From Nannocystales bacterium (GTDB lineage: Bacteria; Myxococcota_A; Polyangia; Nannocystales; Nannocystaceae): a DNA stretch of 64,000 bases. The stretch lies in contig JBOEGF010000007.1 of NCBI GenBank assembly GCA_050633305.1, positions 224,001-288,000 of the forward strand, read 5' to 3'. Both the position numbers and the translations under genes were made by a program. The notes below the pieces were generated by a model, which was not told the origin of the DNA, ran no database searches, and was given only the letters and a program-made list of their open reading frames with translations. Positions 17,346 to 25,977 of the stretch are shown here, piece after piece. The first letter of the stretch is position 1. Each line of letters opens with the position of its first letter.

Positions 17346-19865
17346 ATGGGCGACGACGTCATTCGGCCTCTCCGTAGCGACTCCACCCGTGCCGTGGCCC
17401 AGCCCCCTGAGGGCAGCGGCGGCACAACAACCGAGAAAGCGGGCCTGGCCGCGCTGCTCGGCAGCTGGTTAGGCTTGCTGCGGCGGTACAGATGGGTGGC
17501 GGTGGGTGCAGGTGTGCTTACCCTCGCGCCGTTCGTCCTGTTCGGGTTCTTCGCGCTGCCGTCGTACTCGAGCGCGGGGGTTGTGCAGGTGTCCAACGAG
17601 GGCAACAGCGCGATGCCGATGCTCGACTTCATGGGGGAGTTGGGCGGGTCCCAGGTCGACACCGAGGTGGAGATCCTCCGGCGGCGCGAAGCTGTTGTCG
17701 AGACGTTTACCTCGCTCGGCCTGCATGTGATCGACCCCAAGCGTCCGTGGATGGTGACGCCCCAGTGGGCCGTTGCGACGGGAAAGCAGAGCCCGACGCC
17801 GCCGTGGCTGGCATCGCTCCGCGGCTCGTTGGCGTTCGCCCAGCTGGCGCCCGAGCGTTTCGAAGGGGTGACGATCCGCATCGAAGCGACCGACGAGTCG
17901 AGCGTCGCAGTCGCGGTGGGAGAGCCCGGTGCGGCGGAAGAGTTCACCCTCGCGGTGGGCGACACGCTCGAGACCGATGGGCTGGCGCTGTCGTTTGCAA
18001 CCCTCCCCGGCGAGATTGGCGTTCCCAACACCATCTACGTGGAGACCGAAGGCGAGCTGCTCGACCGCCTGCTGCCGCAACTGTCCGTGGCGCCGGTCGG
18101 CAACCGCGACCACGCAACCGACTTGGTCGCCGTCCGCTTCCTCCACGCCGACCGTTTTGTCGCGCAGGCTGTCGTTGACGACCTCATGCGGAGATACCTC
18201 CAACAGAGCCTCGACTGGCAGGCCACGGGCGCATCGAAGTCCGCGGAGTTCATCCGCCAGCGTCTCGAAGATGCTGACGAGGAACTCGCGGTTGCCGAGC
18301 AAGAACTCCGAGAGTTCTCCGAAGCGGAGCACGCGGTGCAGCTCGACACGCAAGCCAAGGTCACCATCGAGAGTGTCTCGATGATCGAGGCCGAGCTCCG
18401 CCAGGCGGATGTCGAGGCTGCAGTGCTCGGGTCGCTCCACAAGGGGCTCCGGACCCGTCTCAAGAAGGGGGAGGGCGCCCACCTCACCGCCAGCTTCATT
18501 GCGGACCCCGTGCTGGCCGCGTCGATCGGCGCGCTGACCGAGGCGGAGACGCGCGCGGCGACGCTGTCGGCATCGCTGACCCCCGACCACCCCAAGCTGG
18601 TCGAGATCAACCGCCGGCTGAGGCAGCAGCGCAAGCAGGTCGGGCGTCTGCTGGGCACCGCGCGGAAAAACGTCGGCAGCCGGATGGCCAACCTGCGCCG
18701 AGAGCGAGATGCCGCGGCAGCCGTGCTCACCGACTTCCCCGCGAAGAACCTCCAGCTCGCACGTCTGATGCGGGACGTCGAGGTCAGCCAGAAGCTCTAC
18801 GCGTTCCTGCTGGAGCGCTACCGTGAGGCCGAGATCCTCGAGGCCTCCACGACGATCGACAAGCGTATCGTCGAGAGCGCAAACGTGCCGCACGACATGG
18901 CCTCGCCCCGCCGTGTTCGAATCTGGGCGTCTGGTCTCGCCGCCGCGGTGATGCTCGCGCTTGGTACTGCGTGGCTCTCCCACGCCCTACGACGCCGACT
19001 CTCCTCGGTTGACGATGTCGCTGCCGAGTTCGACTTCGGTGTCTACGGGGTGGTGCCCAAACTCGCGGAAGCGACGAAGGCCTCGCAGCGCGACAACTCC
19101 CGTCTTCCGCATCAGGCGATCTGGGCCGAGACCCATTCGCCCGCTGCCGAGGCGTTCCGTGCCCTGTGCGTGTCCGTGACCCTGACGCCCGCGGAGGCGG
19201 GTCGAGGCCGCGTCATCGCGCTCTCCTCCAGCCAGCAAGGCGAAGGAAAGAGCACCGTGGTCTCCAACCTCGCGATCTCCTTGGCACGCTCGGGTTCTTC
19301 GGTGCTCGTCGTCGACCTCGACCTCCGGCGCCCCGTCCAGCACCGCGAGTGGAGGGTCAAGCGTGACCGCGGATTCACGAACCTGCTCGCGCACGGCAAT
19401 GTCGCCGACTTTGCCGACTTCGTCCGCCCCCAAGAATGCGGTGTCCATGTCCTCACCGCCGGCCAGCGGGTACCCGACTCGCTGCCGTCACTCATGTCGC
19501 CCAAGCTCGGCGAGATGATCGAAGCGGCTCGCCTCCGCTACGACTACGTCCTGCTGGACAGTGCGCCCTCGTTCGTCCCCGATGGCTCGGTCGTCGCCCA
19601 ACACGCCGACCTCCTCTTGGTGGTCGCTCGCCCCGGCGTCCTTCAGCGGGCCCATGCCCGTCGCGCCCGCGTGGTGTGGAACCGCCTCGGAGCGCCCAAG
19701 GGCTTGGTGCTCAATGCCGTCGAGCGTGAGCACGGCGGTGACGATGGGTACTACTACTACGGTGGAGGCTACGCCTACTCGTCCGACTACACCCAGTCCC
19801 CGACCGAGGCCGATGAGTCTCAAGACGACGATGCCAAGTCCGACGACATCGCAGTTGCTTCCTGA
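17346..19865 (+). CDS. wzc: Wzc-type polysaccharide co-polymerase / BY-kinase
   Basis: Two TM segments flanking a periplasmic coiled-coil region (PDHPKL); Walker A SQQGEGKST, A' VDLDLRRP, B LLDSAP; Tyr cluster GYYYYGGGYAYSSDY. Confidence 0.88.
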   Translation: MGDDVIRPLRSDSTRAVAQPPEGSGGTTTEKAGLAALLGSWLGLLRRYRWVAVGAGVLTLAPFVLFGFFALPSYSSAGVVQVSNEGNSAMPMLDFMGELGGSQVDTEVEILRRREAVVETFTSLGLHVIDPKRPWMVTPQWAVATGKQSPTPPWLASLRGSLAFAQLAPERFEGVTIRIEATDESSVAVAVGEPGAAEEFTLAVGDTLETDGLALSFATLPGEIGVPNTIYVETEGELLDRLLPQLSVAPVGNRDHATDLVAVRFLHADRFVAQAVVDDLMRRYLQQSLDWQATGASKSAEFIRQRLEDADEELAVAEQELREFSEAEHAVQLDTQAKVTIESVSMIEAELRQADVEAAVLGSLHKGLRTRLKKGEGAHLTASFIADPVLAASIGALTEAETRAATLSASLTPDHPKLVEINRRLRQQRKQVGRLLGTARKNVGSRMANLRRERDAAAAVLTDFPAKNLQLARLMRDVEVSQKLYAFLLERYREAEILEASTTIDKRIVESANVPHDMASPRRVRIWASGLAAAVMLALGTAWLSHALRRRLSSVDDVAAEFDFGVYGVVPKLAEATKASQRDNSRLPHQAIWAETHSPAAEAFRALCVSVTLTPAEAGRGRVIALSSSQQGEGKSTVVSNLAISLARSGSSVLVVDLDLRRPVQHREWRVKRDRGFTNLLAHGNVADFADFVRPQECGVHVLTAGQRVPDSLPSLMSPKLGEMIEAARLRYDYVLLDSAPSFVPDGSVVAQHADLLLVVARPGVLQRAHARRARVVWNRLGAPKGLVLNAVEREHGGDDGYYYYGGGYAYSSDYTQSPTEADESQDDDAKSDDIAVAS

Positions 19866-21105
19866 GCTGTCCCGGCGGGGCAGCTTCGGGTGGACACTCG
19901 TCGGGCGCATCATCTACGGCCTCGCCCAATGGGGAACGCTGGTGCTCGTGGCGAAGCTGGGCTCGGTCGCCGACGTGGGTCGGTTCTCGCTGGGGCTCGC
20001 GGTGACCGCCCCGGTGATGGTGTTCTGCAACATGCACCTGCGGAACCTCTACGCGACCGACTCTACGGGTCGCTTCAGTTGGTCGACCTACGGTCAGGTA
20101 CGTCGAGTGACGGCGCTGGTCGGGTTGCTGGTGTGCTCCGTAATGGCGGCATCTGTGTATGAGGGCACCGCTGCCTGGGTCATTGCAGCCGTGGCGCTGG
20201 CGAAGTCGGTCGAGATGCTCGAGGACCTCCGCTACGGAGTGTTTCAGCGCTTCGGTCGGATGGACGGCTTCAGCAAGTCTCTGATCCTTCGTGCGGTTGC
20301 CGGGTTGGGTGCCTTGACCGCCGTGATGGTCACGACGGGCGAGCTTCCACTTGCCGTGTTGTGCATGGCGGCGGCGTGGGCCGCGGTGTGGTTGCTGCAC
20401 GACCGGCCGCGCTCCGACGCGTTGCTTGACGCCCGGGGCCAGTCCCGCGGGGCGACACGTGGCTCGCCGCGAGGTCTCGTTCTGATGGCGCTCCCGATGG
20501 GCCTGATGTGGTTGGTCGATTCGCTCAACCAGAACCTGCCGCGCTACGTCGTCGAGGCCAACCTCGGCGAGGAGTCGCTCGGCTTCTACGTCCCCATGAC
20601 GTACGTCGTGACGGTGGGGAGCGCGTTTGTCTTTGCGCTGGGAGCCCCTGTGGCTCCGCGACTGGCCCGCCATGTTGCCGAGCGCAATGCCTCCGCCTTC
20701 GCCAAGATGGCGCTCGGGTTGTTCGCGCTCGCCGCTGCGATGGGCGGCGCAGGGGTCCTCGTGGCGGCGACGGTGGGGGACGTGCTGCTTGGTCTCGCCT
20801 ACGCCGAGTCGTTCGCTGCGTACCAGCCCGAGTTTGTGTGGATCATGATCGGTGGCGCGATGCACTTCGTGCTCGCGTTGTCGATGTATGCGTTGACCGC
20901 CGCCCGGCTTCTCAAGACACAAGCCGCGCTGTACATCGCAGCCGCGACCACGACGGGAGTTGCTGCGATGGCCTGGGTGCCATGCAGCGGCCTGATGGGG
21001 GCGGCCAAGGCGAGCGCGCTGGGGCTCACCGTCGGCGCCTCCGGAGCGGTGCTTGCGGTGATGATCGCGTGGCTCCGGATCAGGAGTGGAGGTCCTCATG
21101 CATAA
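19831..21105 (+). CDS. wzx: Wzx-type oligosaccharide flippase
   Basis: Polytopic membrane protein; AQWG.LV..AKLGS..DVG.FSLGLA, PRYVVE..LG...LGFY; located between wzc and wzy. Confidence 0.8.
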   Translation: MPSPTTSQLLPELSRRGSFGWTLVGRIIYGLAQWGTLVLVAKLGSVADVGRFSLGLAVTAPVMVFCNMHLRNLYATDSTGRFSWSTYGQVRRVTALVGLLVCSVMAASVYEGTAAWVIAAVALAKSVEMLEDLRYGVFQRFGRMDGFSKSLILRAVAGLGALTAVMVTTGELPLAVLCMAAAWAAVWLLHDRPRSDALLDARGQSRGATRGSPRGLVLMALPMGLMWLVDSLNQNLPRYVVEANLGEESLGFYVPMTYVVTVGSAFVFALGAPVAPRLARHVAERNASAFAKMALGLFALAAAMGGAGVLVAATVGDVLLGLAYAESFAAYQPEFVWIMIGGAMHFVLALSMYALTAARLLKTQAALYIAAATTTGVAAMAWVPCSGLMGAAKASALGLTVGASGAVLAVMIAWLRIRSGGPHA

Positions 21106-22276
21106 CGATGAACCGCAGCGACAGGTCGCTTGGGCGACGGCAATCGGGATGGCGTTGTTCATCCTCTCGGGCCGATGGAGCTTGGCTCGAATGGGGTTTG
21201 GAGAGACCAGCGCGTTGTTCGAGCCCCGCGCGTGGATCGTCGTGGGTTTGGCGGCGATCGCCTACTCCCCGGCGCTGGGTCGAACGCTCGAGATGGAGCC
21301 GGTACTGCGGACCAATGTCGGCGCAGCCGCGGCATTCTTGGGCTACCTGGTCACCTCGGTGCTCTGGGCACCCAGCTCGGACCTCCCCTGGACCAAAGCG
21401 TACGAGATGCTGCTCATCCTGGTGGCGCTCACGTCCGTGGCCAGGATTGCGCGATGGACCGGTCCAACGCTGCTCATCAACCGGTTCTGGGACGCGCTCG
21501 CAGGCGCGCTCGGGCTGATGGGTGTGCTGGGACTCCTCTCGTGGATCGGTGGCACCGGAGAGAGACTCGCCGTGGCCGGCGGTGGCCCGAACGTGTTCGG
21601 CCGCAACATGGCGGTGTTGTTGATGTTGAGCCTGTCGGCGATTCTTGCCGGACGCCGAAAACGAACGCTGTGGCTCTGTGCCGCAGCTCTCGGGGCGGTG
21701 CTGGCGCTGCTCTCCGGATCGCGCGGGGCGATCGTCGGCATGATGGTCGGAACCGCGACCCTCGTCTACGCCAAGCGCATCCCCGTGGGTCGCTTCGTGA
21801 AGATCGCGTTGGGCCTGGTCGTGTTCGGATGGTTCGTCGTCACGTTCACGGACGTTGGCCAGTCGGCATTGCACTCGTTCGAAGAACGGTTCCTGGTACT
21901 CACCCTCGAGGAGCGCCACGACGCTGGCAGGATGGACATCTACATCCATGCTTGGGAGATGGGGCTGGAGGCTCCGCTCGTCGGACAAGGACTCGCAGCA
22001 TTCGCCGCCAATGGGTTTCACGTCTACCCTCACAACATCGCGCTGGAGGCGTTCTGCGAGGGCGGTCTGATCTCGGTCGTCCTTCTCGGCGCGATGCTGG
22101 GCCCGCAGCTTTGGCGGGTGTTCTCGGACAACGCAGACCTCTACGCGCGCGACCTGTGTGTGCTGCTCGTCTTGCTGATGTCCGCGTCGTTCACGGGGGA
22201 CTTCTACGACTCGCGCGGGGTCATGCTGGTCGCCCTGCTCGTGTCCATGCGTCGTCGGCACCCGGCTAGGCTTTGA
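21098..22276 (+). CDS. O-antigen ligase/polymerase (Wzy) family
   Basis: GGGPNVFGR, LSGSRGA, R..IY..A, PLVGQG, YPHNIALE...EGGL. Confidence 0.85.
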   Translation: MHNDEPQRQVAWATAIGMALFILSGRWSLARMGFGETSALFEPRAWIVVGLAAIAYSPALGRTLEMEPVLRTNVGAAAAFLGYLVTSVLWAPSSDLPWTKAYEMLLILVALTSVARIARWTGPTLLINRFWDALAGALGLMGVLGLLSWIGGTGERLAVAGGGPNVFGRNMAVLLMLSLSAILAGRRKRTLWLCAAALGAVLALLSGSRGAIVGMMVGTATLVYAKRIPVGRFVKIALGLVVFGWFVVTFTDVGQSALHSFEERFLVLTLEERHDAGRMDIYIHAWEMGLEAPLVGQGLAAFAANGFHVYPHNIALEAFCEGGLISVVLLGAMLGPQLWRVFSDNADLYARDLCVLLVLLMSASFTGDFYDSRGVMLVALLVSMRRRHPARL

Positions 22277-22291
22277 GGACCGAGGTCGCCC

Positions 22292-22729
22292 TCAAAGCCC
22301 GGCGAGTTCGCGCAGCGAAGCCGCGAGCGCGGCCACCCGGGTCACGCTACGAGGGATGACGAGCACGGTGTCGTCGCCCGCCAACGTGCCCAGGATGTCG
22401 GGGTGTCGCATGGAGTCGAGGTCGAAACCGACAGCCTGCGCTCGGCCGATCCGGGTTCGCAGCAGGAGCATGGACTCGTTGTGCATCACGTCCTGCACCA
22501 TGTCTGCATCGAATGCAGCCGTTGTCTCGGCCAGCAGGTGGTACGCGAACTCCCCGTCGGCGCGTTGCCGGCGTTGAGCGCTGAGGGACTTGAGGTCGCG
22601 ACTTATCGTGCTCTGTGTCGCGTCAAAACCCCTTCCGCCCAGCAGGTCGCAGAGCTCCTGCTGGGTCCCGGTTTGACCGCTGAGCAGCAGCTGTTTGAGC
22701 GCAAGCCGGCGTGCCTTCGCGCCCTTCAT
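22292..22729 (-). CDS. argR: Arginine repressor
   Basis: TQQEL...L...GF.ATQSTISRDLK; LRT..G.AQ; ILGTLAGDDTVLVI; start ATG 22729 overlaps the argJ stop. Confidence 0.93.
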   Translation of the reverse strand: MKGAKARRLALKQLLLSGQTGTQQELCDLLGGRGFDATQSTISRDLKSLSAQRRQRADGEFAYHLLAETTAAFDADMVQDVMHNESMLLLRTRIGRAQAVGFDLDSMRHPDILGTLAGDDTVLVIPRSVTRVAALAASLRELAGL

Positions 22730-24645
22730 GCCAACGCCTGCCGGGTGATGAGCGTGCCGATCCCTTCGTCGGTGAACAGCTCGCCGACGACGGCATGGGG
22801 AATCCGGCCGTCGATGGCGTGAAAGGCCGAAATCCCGCGCTTGGCTGCGTGTCGGGCCAGGACCAGGAGTTCCGCGTCGGTCGCATCGAACCGACCGCGT
22901 TCGAGACCCGTGAGGAACGTGTCCGGAGAGAGTCGTTGGACAAGCCCATGTTTGTCGCGCAGTCCTCCATCTGCGGCGAGCACGATGAGCTTTTGGATGC
23001 CGAGCTTCAGGGCGAGGTCGACCGTTGCGTCGGGCGCGGGCTCGGTCTGGGAGAGCAAACACAGGTGGCCGCGGTCCAGCAGGTTGCTGATGTTCACCGC
23101 ATCGGTCGCGACACTCGCCGCGAATCGTCCTGCCTGCCGCATGTGTTCGGCGATGGACTCGACGGCAGCCGCCGAGGGGAGCAAGGCCACCGGCTTGAGG
23201 CCCGCATCGAGGCACAGCTCCAGGTCGTGTGCCAGCGTCGCGATGGGGGCATCGAGTTTCTCGAGGTTGGGAAGCACCACCATCACCCGCATCCCGGTGA
23301 ACCGCCGAACGTAGGACAGGCCTTCGCACAGCAGCTGATGCTTGAGCCGGGGCGAGTACGCCGCGAGGGAGAGGTTGCGCGAGACGGCGCCGCTGCGACT
23401 GACCTCGATCTGCTTGGACTCGTCGGCGTTGATGCGCACGTAGTCGTAGCTGAGGTCGCAGCCGTACGCGGTGGAGGAGGCAGTCCCTCCCATGCCGACG
23501 TCGATGCTCCAATGGACTTCGGTTTGTTGAAGTCCGGCGCGAAGGGAGGCGCTGTTGTGCCCGAGCTTGGGTCCGGAGCGGTCGTAGAGCAGGGTGCCTT
23601 GTGCGTGAATCGTGAGCGCGCCGGGGTCCAGCTGCAGCCCGTGGTCTGCCGCGACTTGACCGATCGCCATGCTCACGCGGCCCCACTCGGGCTGACCTGC
23701 AAATGCGCTGCACTTGACCAGGCTGCTGCGACACACGCCCCGCGCGAGGTCCCGGGCGATGGACTCGGTGGGTGCGCCGGTGACCTCGACTTCGATGAGG
23801 CGCGTCGCGCCTTCACCATCGCGGGCCACTTGCTTGGCGAGCGAGCGCAAGACCCCATCCAGGGCCTCGGCGAACACGGCCTCGGCGGCGTCCCCCTCGA
23901 CATGGAGCCCGGAGGCACCGTTGGCCAGCGCCAGCACCATGTCGTTGGTCGAGGAGTCGCCGTCGACGGTGATCGCGTTGAAGGTTCGGTCGACGGCGGG
24001 GGCGAGCATGGCCTGCAGCCTGGCCGGGGCGATGGCCGCGTCGGTCAACAAGAATCCGAACGTCGTGGCCATGTTCGGGTGGATCATGCCCGAGCCCTTG
24101 GCGACCCCGAGTACGCGCACGGGCGCGTGCTGGCCTGGCAGCTCGATGGTGGTGTGGGCCACCTTGGTGCAGGTGTCCGTGGTGAGAATCGCCTTGGCGA
24201 ACTCTCGGGGGTCGTCGGCAAGCTTGCTCTCGAACTCGCTGGCGGCCTCCTCGATGAGTTCGACCGGGAGTGGCACCCCGATGATCCCGGTCGATCCGGT
24301 CAGAACCGTATCAACCTCGAGTCCCAGCGCGGTGGCGGCTGCGGTGGCCATGCGGAGGTTGTCTTCAACGCCGGTGGGTCCGGTCATCGCGTTGGCGTTG
24401 CCGCTGTTGATCAGCACGGCTCGCATTCCGTCGGCCGGCAGTGCGGCGGCATTTCGTTCAACACAGGCGGCGCGGACCCGGTTCTGCGTGAAACAGCCGG
24501 CGACGACCGCGGGTCGATCGGAGACCAGCAGCGCGAGGTCGGGCCGGGCGTGCTTGATCCCACAGCGCGTCCCGGCGAAGCGGAACCCTGCGATGGGGAA
24601 CGAGGGCGCCAGGTCGGTGTGGATGGTGAGGTCGGTGGTGCTCAT
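22726..24645 (-). CDS. argJ: Ornithine acetyltransferase ArgJ fused to a degenerate acetylglutamate-kinase-like domain (639 aa)
   Basis: INSGNANA.TG, STGIIG, ILTTDT, KGSGMIHPNMAT, FNAITVDGDSSTND, DGEGAT, GCDLSYDYVRIN; then EGLSYVRRF...HAIDGRIPHAVVGELFTDEGIGT. Confidence 0.9.
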   Translation of the reverse strand: MSTTDLTIHTDLAPSFPIAGFRFAGTRCGIKHARPDLALLVSDRPAVVAGCFTQNRVRAACVERNAAALPADGMRAVLINSGNANAMTGPTGVEDNLRMATAAATALGLEVDTVLTGSTGIIGVPLPVELIEEAASEFESKLADDPREFAKAILTTDTCTKVAHTTIELPGQHAPVRVLGVAKGSGMIHPNMATTFGFLLTDAAIAPARLQAMLAPAVDRTFNAITVDGDSSTNDMVLALANGASGLHVEGDAAEAVFAEALDGVLRSLAKQVARDGEGATRLIEVEVTGAPTESIARDLARGVCRSSLVKCSAFAGQPEWGRVSMAIGQVAADHGLQLDPGALTIHAQGTLLYDRSGPKLGHNSASLRAGLQQTEVHWSIDVGMGGTASSTAYGCDLSYDYVRINADESKQIEVSRSGAVSRNLSLAAYSPRLKHQLLCEGLSYVRRFTGMRVMVVLPNLEKLDAPIATLAHDLELCLDAGLKPVALLPSAAAVESIAEHMRQAGRFAASVATDAVNISNLLDRGHLCLLSQTEPAPDATVDLALKLGIQKLIVLAADGGLRDKHGLVQRLSPDTFLTGLERGRFDATDAELLVLARHAAKRGISAFHAIDGRIPHAVVGELFTDEGIGTLITRQALA

Positions 24646-25589
24646 GGCAACGCGCGAGTCATGGGTGGCACGTCGTTTCCGACGTGGGTAAGGGGCAGAG
24701 GCAACCCCGCGTCTGGGGGCAGGTCGAGCCAGAGGTTGAGGTTGGTGAGCGCTTGGCTTGCGGCCCCGCGCATGAGGTTGTCGATGGTCGCGAACACTGG
24801 AACCAGGCCGCCGTCGTCCGCGGGTCCCACGGCGATGACCGCCTGGTGGCTGCCGACGACATGCGCGACGCCGAGGCCCGGTCCGGGTTCGGGGAGGACC
24901 GTGACGTACGGCTGATCCTCGTAGTGGTGCTGGAGCGTTTGCAGCACGTGTTCGGGGGACCGGGTTGGCTTGACGAACGCCGTCACCAAGATCCCGCGGA
25001 CGATCGGCAGCAGCTGCGTCACGAAAGTCACCGGCGCGCCGAGGTGGCGGGCGATCTCGGGGATGTGCTTGTGACTGCCGACCTTGTACGGAAACGTATT
25101 GCCGAACAGCGCGCTGAAGTGAAGGTCGTCCCGCGGCGTCTTTCCTGCGCCCGAGGTCCCGCTGGCCCCGACGACGGCGATCGGGGACGCTTCGATCGCC
25201 TCGGCGCGCAGGAGCGGCGCGAGGCTGAGCAGGGTTGCGGTGGGATAACAGCCCGGGTTTGCAACGACCGCAGCATCCGCACTTGGCGCGCCCCACAGCT
25301 CGGGGATCCCGTAGTGGATCCCTTCTTCGAGGCGGTGGGCCCCGGAGAGGTCGAGCACTTTGATCCCCGCGGACGTCAGGGCCTCGGTCCACGCGGCGGC
25401 GGGGCCATCCGGGATCGCGAGCGCGACCGCGCGGGATTCGCGGAAGCAGTCGACAGCGTCCGGCGTCGGATCACGGTGGACGGCTGGGAGGGGCTTCATG
25501 CACGGATGGTGCATGAGAAGCGCATGGAGAACCTGGCCCGCGTATCCGCGCGAACCCACGATCCCGATAGTGTTAGACGCGGAATTCAT
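24642..25589 (-). CDS. argC: N-acetyl-gamma-glutamyl-phosphate reductase
   Basis: GSRGYAG, DLSGAHRL, YGIPEL, VANPGCYPT, SGTSGAGK, HKHIPEI, IDNLMRGAASQA. Confidence 0.93.
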   Translation of the reverse strand: MNSASNTIGIVGSRGYAGQVLHALLMHHPCMKPLPAVHRDPTPDAVDCFRESRAVALAIPDGPAAAWTEALTSAGIKVLDLSGAHRLEEGIHYGIPELWGAPSADAAVVANPGCYPTATLLSLAPLLRAEAIEASPIAVVGASGTSGAGKTPRDDLHFSALFGNTFPYKVGSHKHIPEIARHLGAPVTFVTQLLPIVRGILVTAFVKPTRSPEHVLQTLQHHYEDQPYVTVLPEPGPGLGVAHVVGSHQAVIAVGPADDGGLVPVFATIDNLMRGAASQALTNLNLWLDLPPDAGLPLPLTHVGNDVPPMTRALP

Positions 25590-25716
25590 CCCGTTGTACC
25601 CTTGGCCGGCTTCGTTCTACTCCGGCGGTCGGTGGGTCGCAACATGAACCATGGCACCGGAAGCATGCGCATGGACACGGTTGTTCATGCAGGCTCGATT
25701 TTGTACGAATTCACCC

Positions 25717-25745
25717 TTGACTCCACCCGCGCCTTGAAGCAGTAT
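25717..25745 (+). promoter_or_regulatory. Possible sigma70 promoter of tRNA-Gly
   Basis: TTGACT-N17-CAGTAT ending 12 nt before the tRNA. Confidence 0.4.
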
Positions 25746-25757
25746 CCGCATCCCTTC

Positions 25758-25833
25758 GCGGGAATAGCTCAGTTGGTAGAGCGCAACCTTGCCAAGGTTG
25801 AAGTCGCGAGTTCGAATCTCGTTTCCCGCTCCA
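25758..25833 (+). tRNA. tRNA-Gly(GCC)
   Basis: GCGGGAATAGCTCAGTTGGTAGAGCGCAACCTTGCCAAGGTTGAAGTCGCGAGTTCGAATCTCGTTTCCCGCTCCA; anticodon GCC; CCA encoded. Confidence 0.97.
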
Positions 25834-25835
25834 AG

Positions 25836-25869
25836 AAAACGCCACGTCCTCTTCAGGACGTGGCGTTTT
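25836..25869 (+). terminator. Rho-independent terminator after tRNA-Gly
   Basis: Perfect hairpin AAAACGCCACGTCCT-CTTC-AGGACGTGGCGTTTT. Confidence 0.88.
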
Positions 25870-25977
25870 CGCTTTGATTTTCCAGAGGATCGCGCGTTGC
25901 GCCGAGGCGTGCGGCGGTGGCTCGGTCGCTTGGCCGCAGTATGGTCGCCCAGTTTGCTACGTTGCTCATCGATCGTG

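Noticed and set aside
22726..23420. Calling the ArgJ C-terminal domain a functional argB
   Set aside because: The catalytic Lys/Gly motifs and the substrate-binding region are missing.
22730..25392. Extended N-termini in the ORF track (argR from 23734, argJ from 25392; also wzc 17040, dsbA 25789, actD/E/F)
   Set aside because: They overlap upstream genes; downstream starts coupled to the preceding stop codons fit family lengths better.
25640..25695. Possible ARG boxes upstream of argC (CATG-rich, e.g. TCCATGCGCATGCT on the minus strand)
   Set aside because: Only one partial match and no clear tandem 18-bp spacing; plausible given argR but not supportable by eye.
15009..25833. Genomic island bounded by the two tRNAs
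   Set aside because: No integrase, no duplicated tRNA 3' end (att site), and housekeeping arg genes lie inside.
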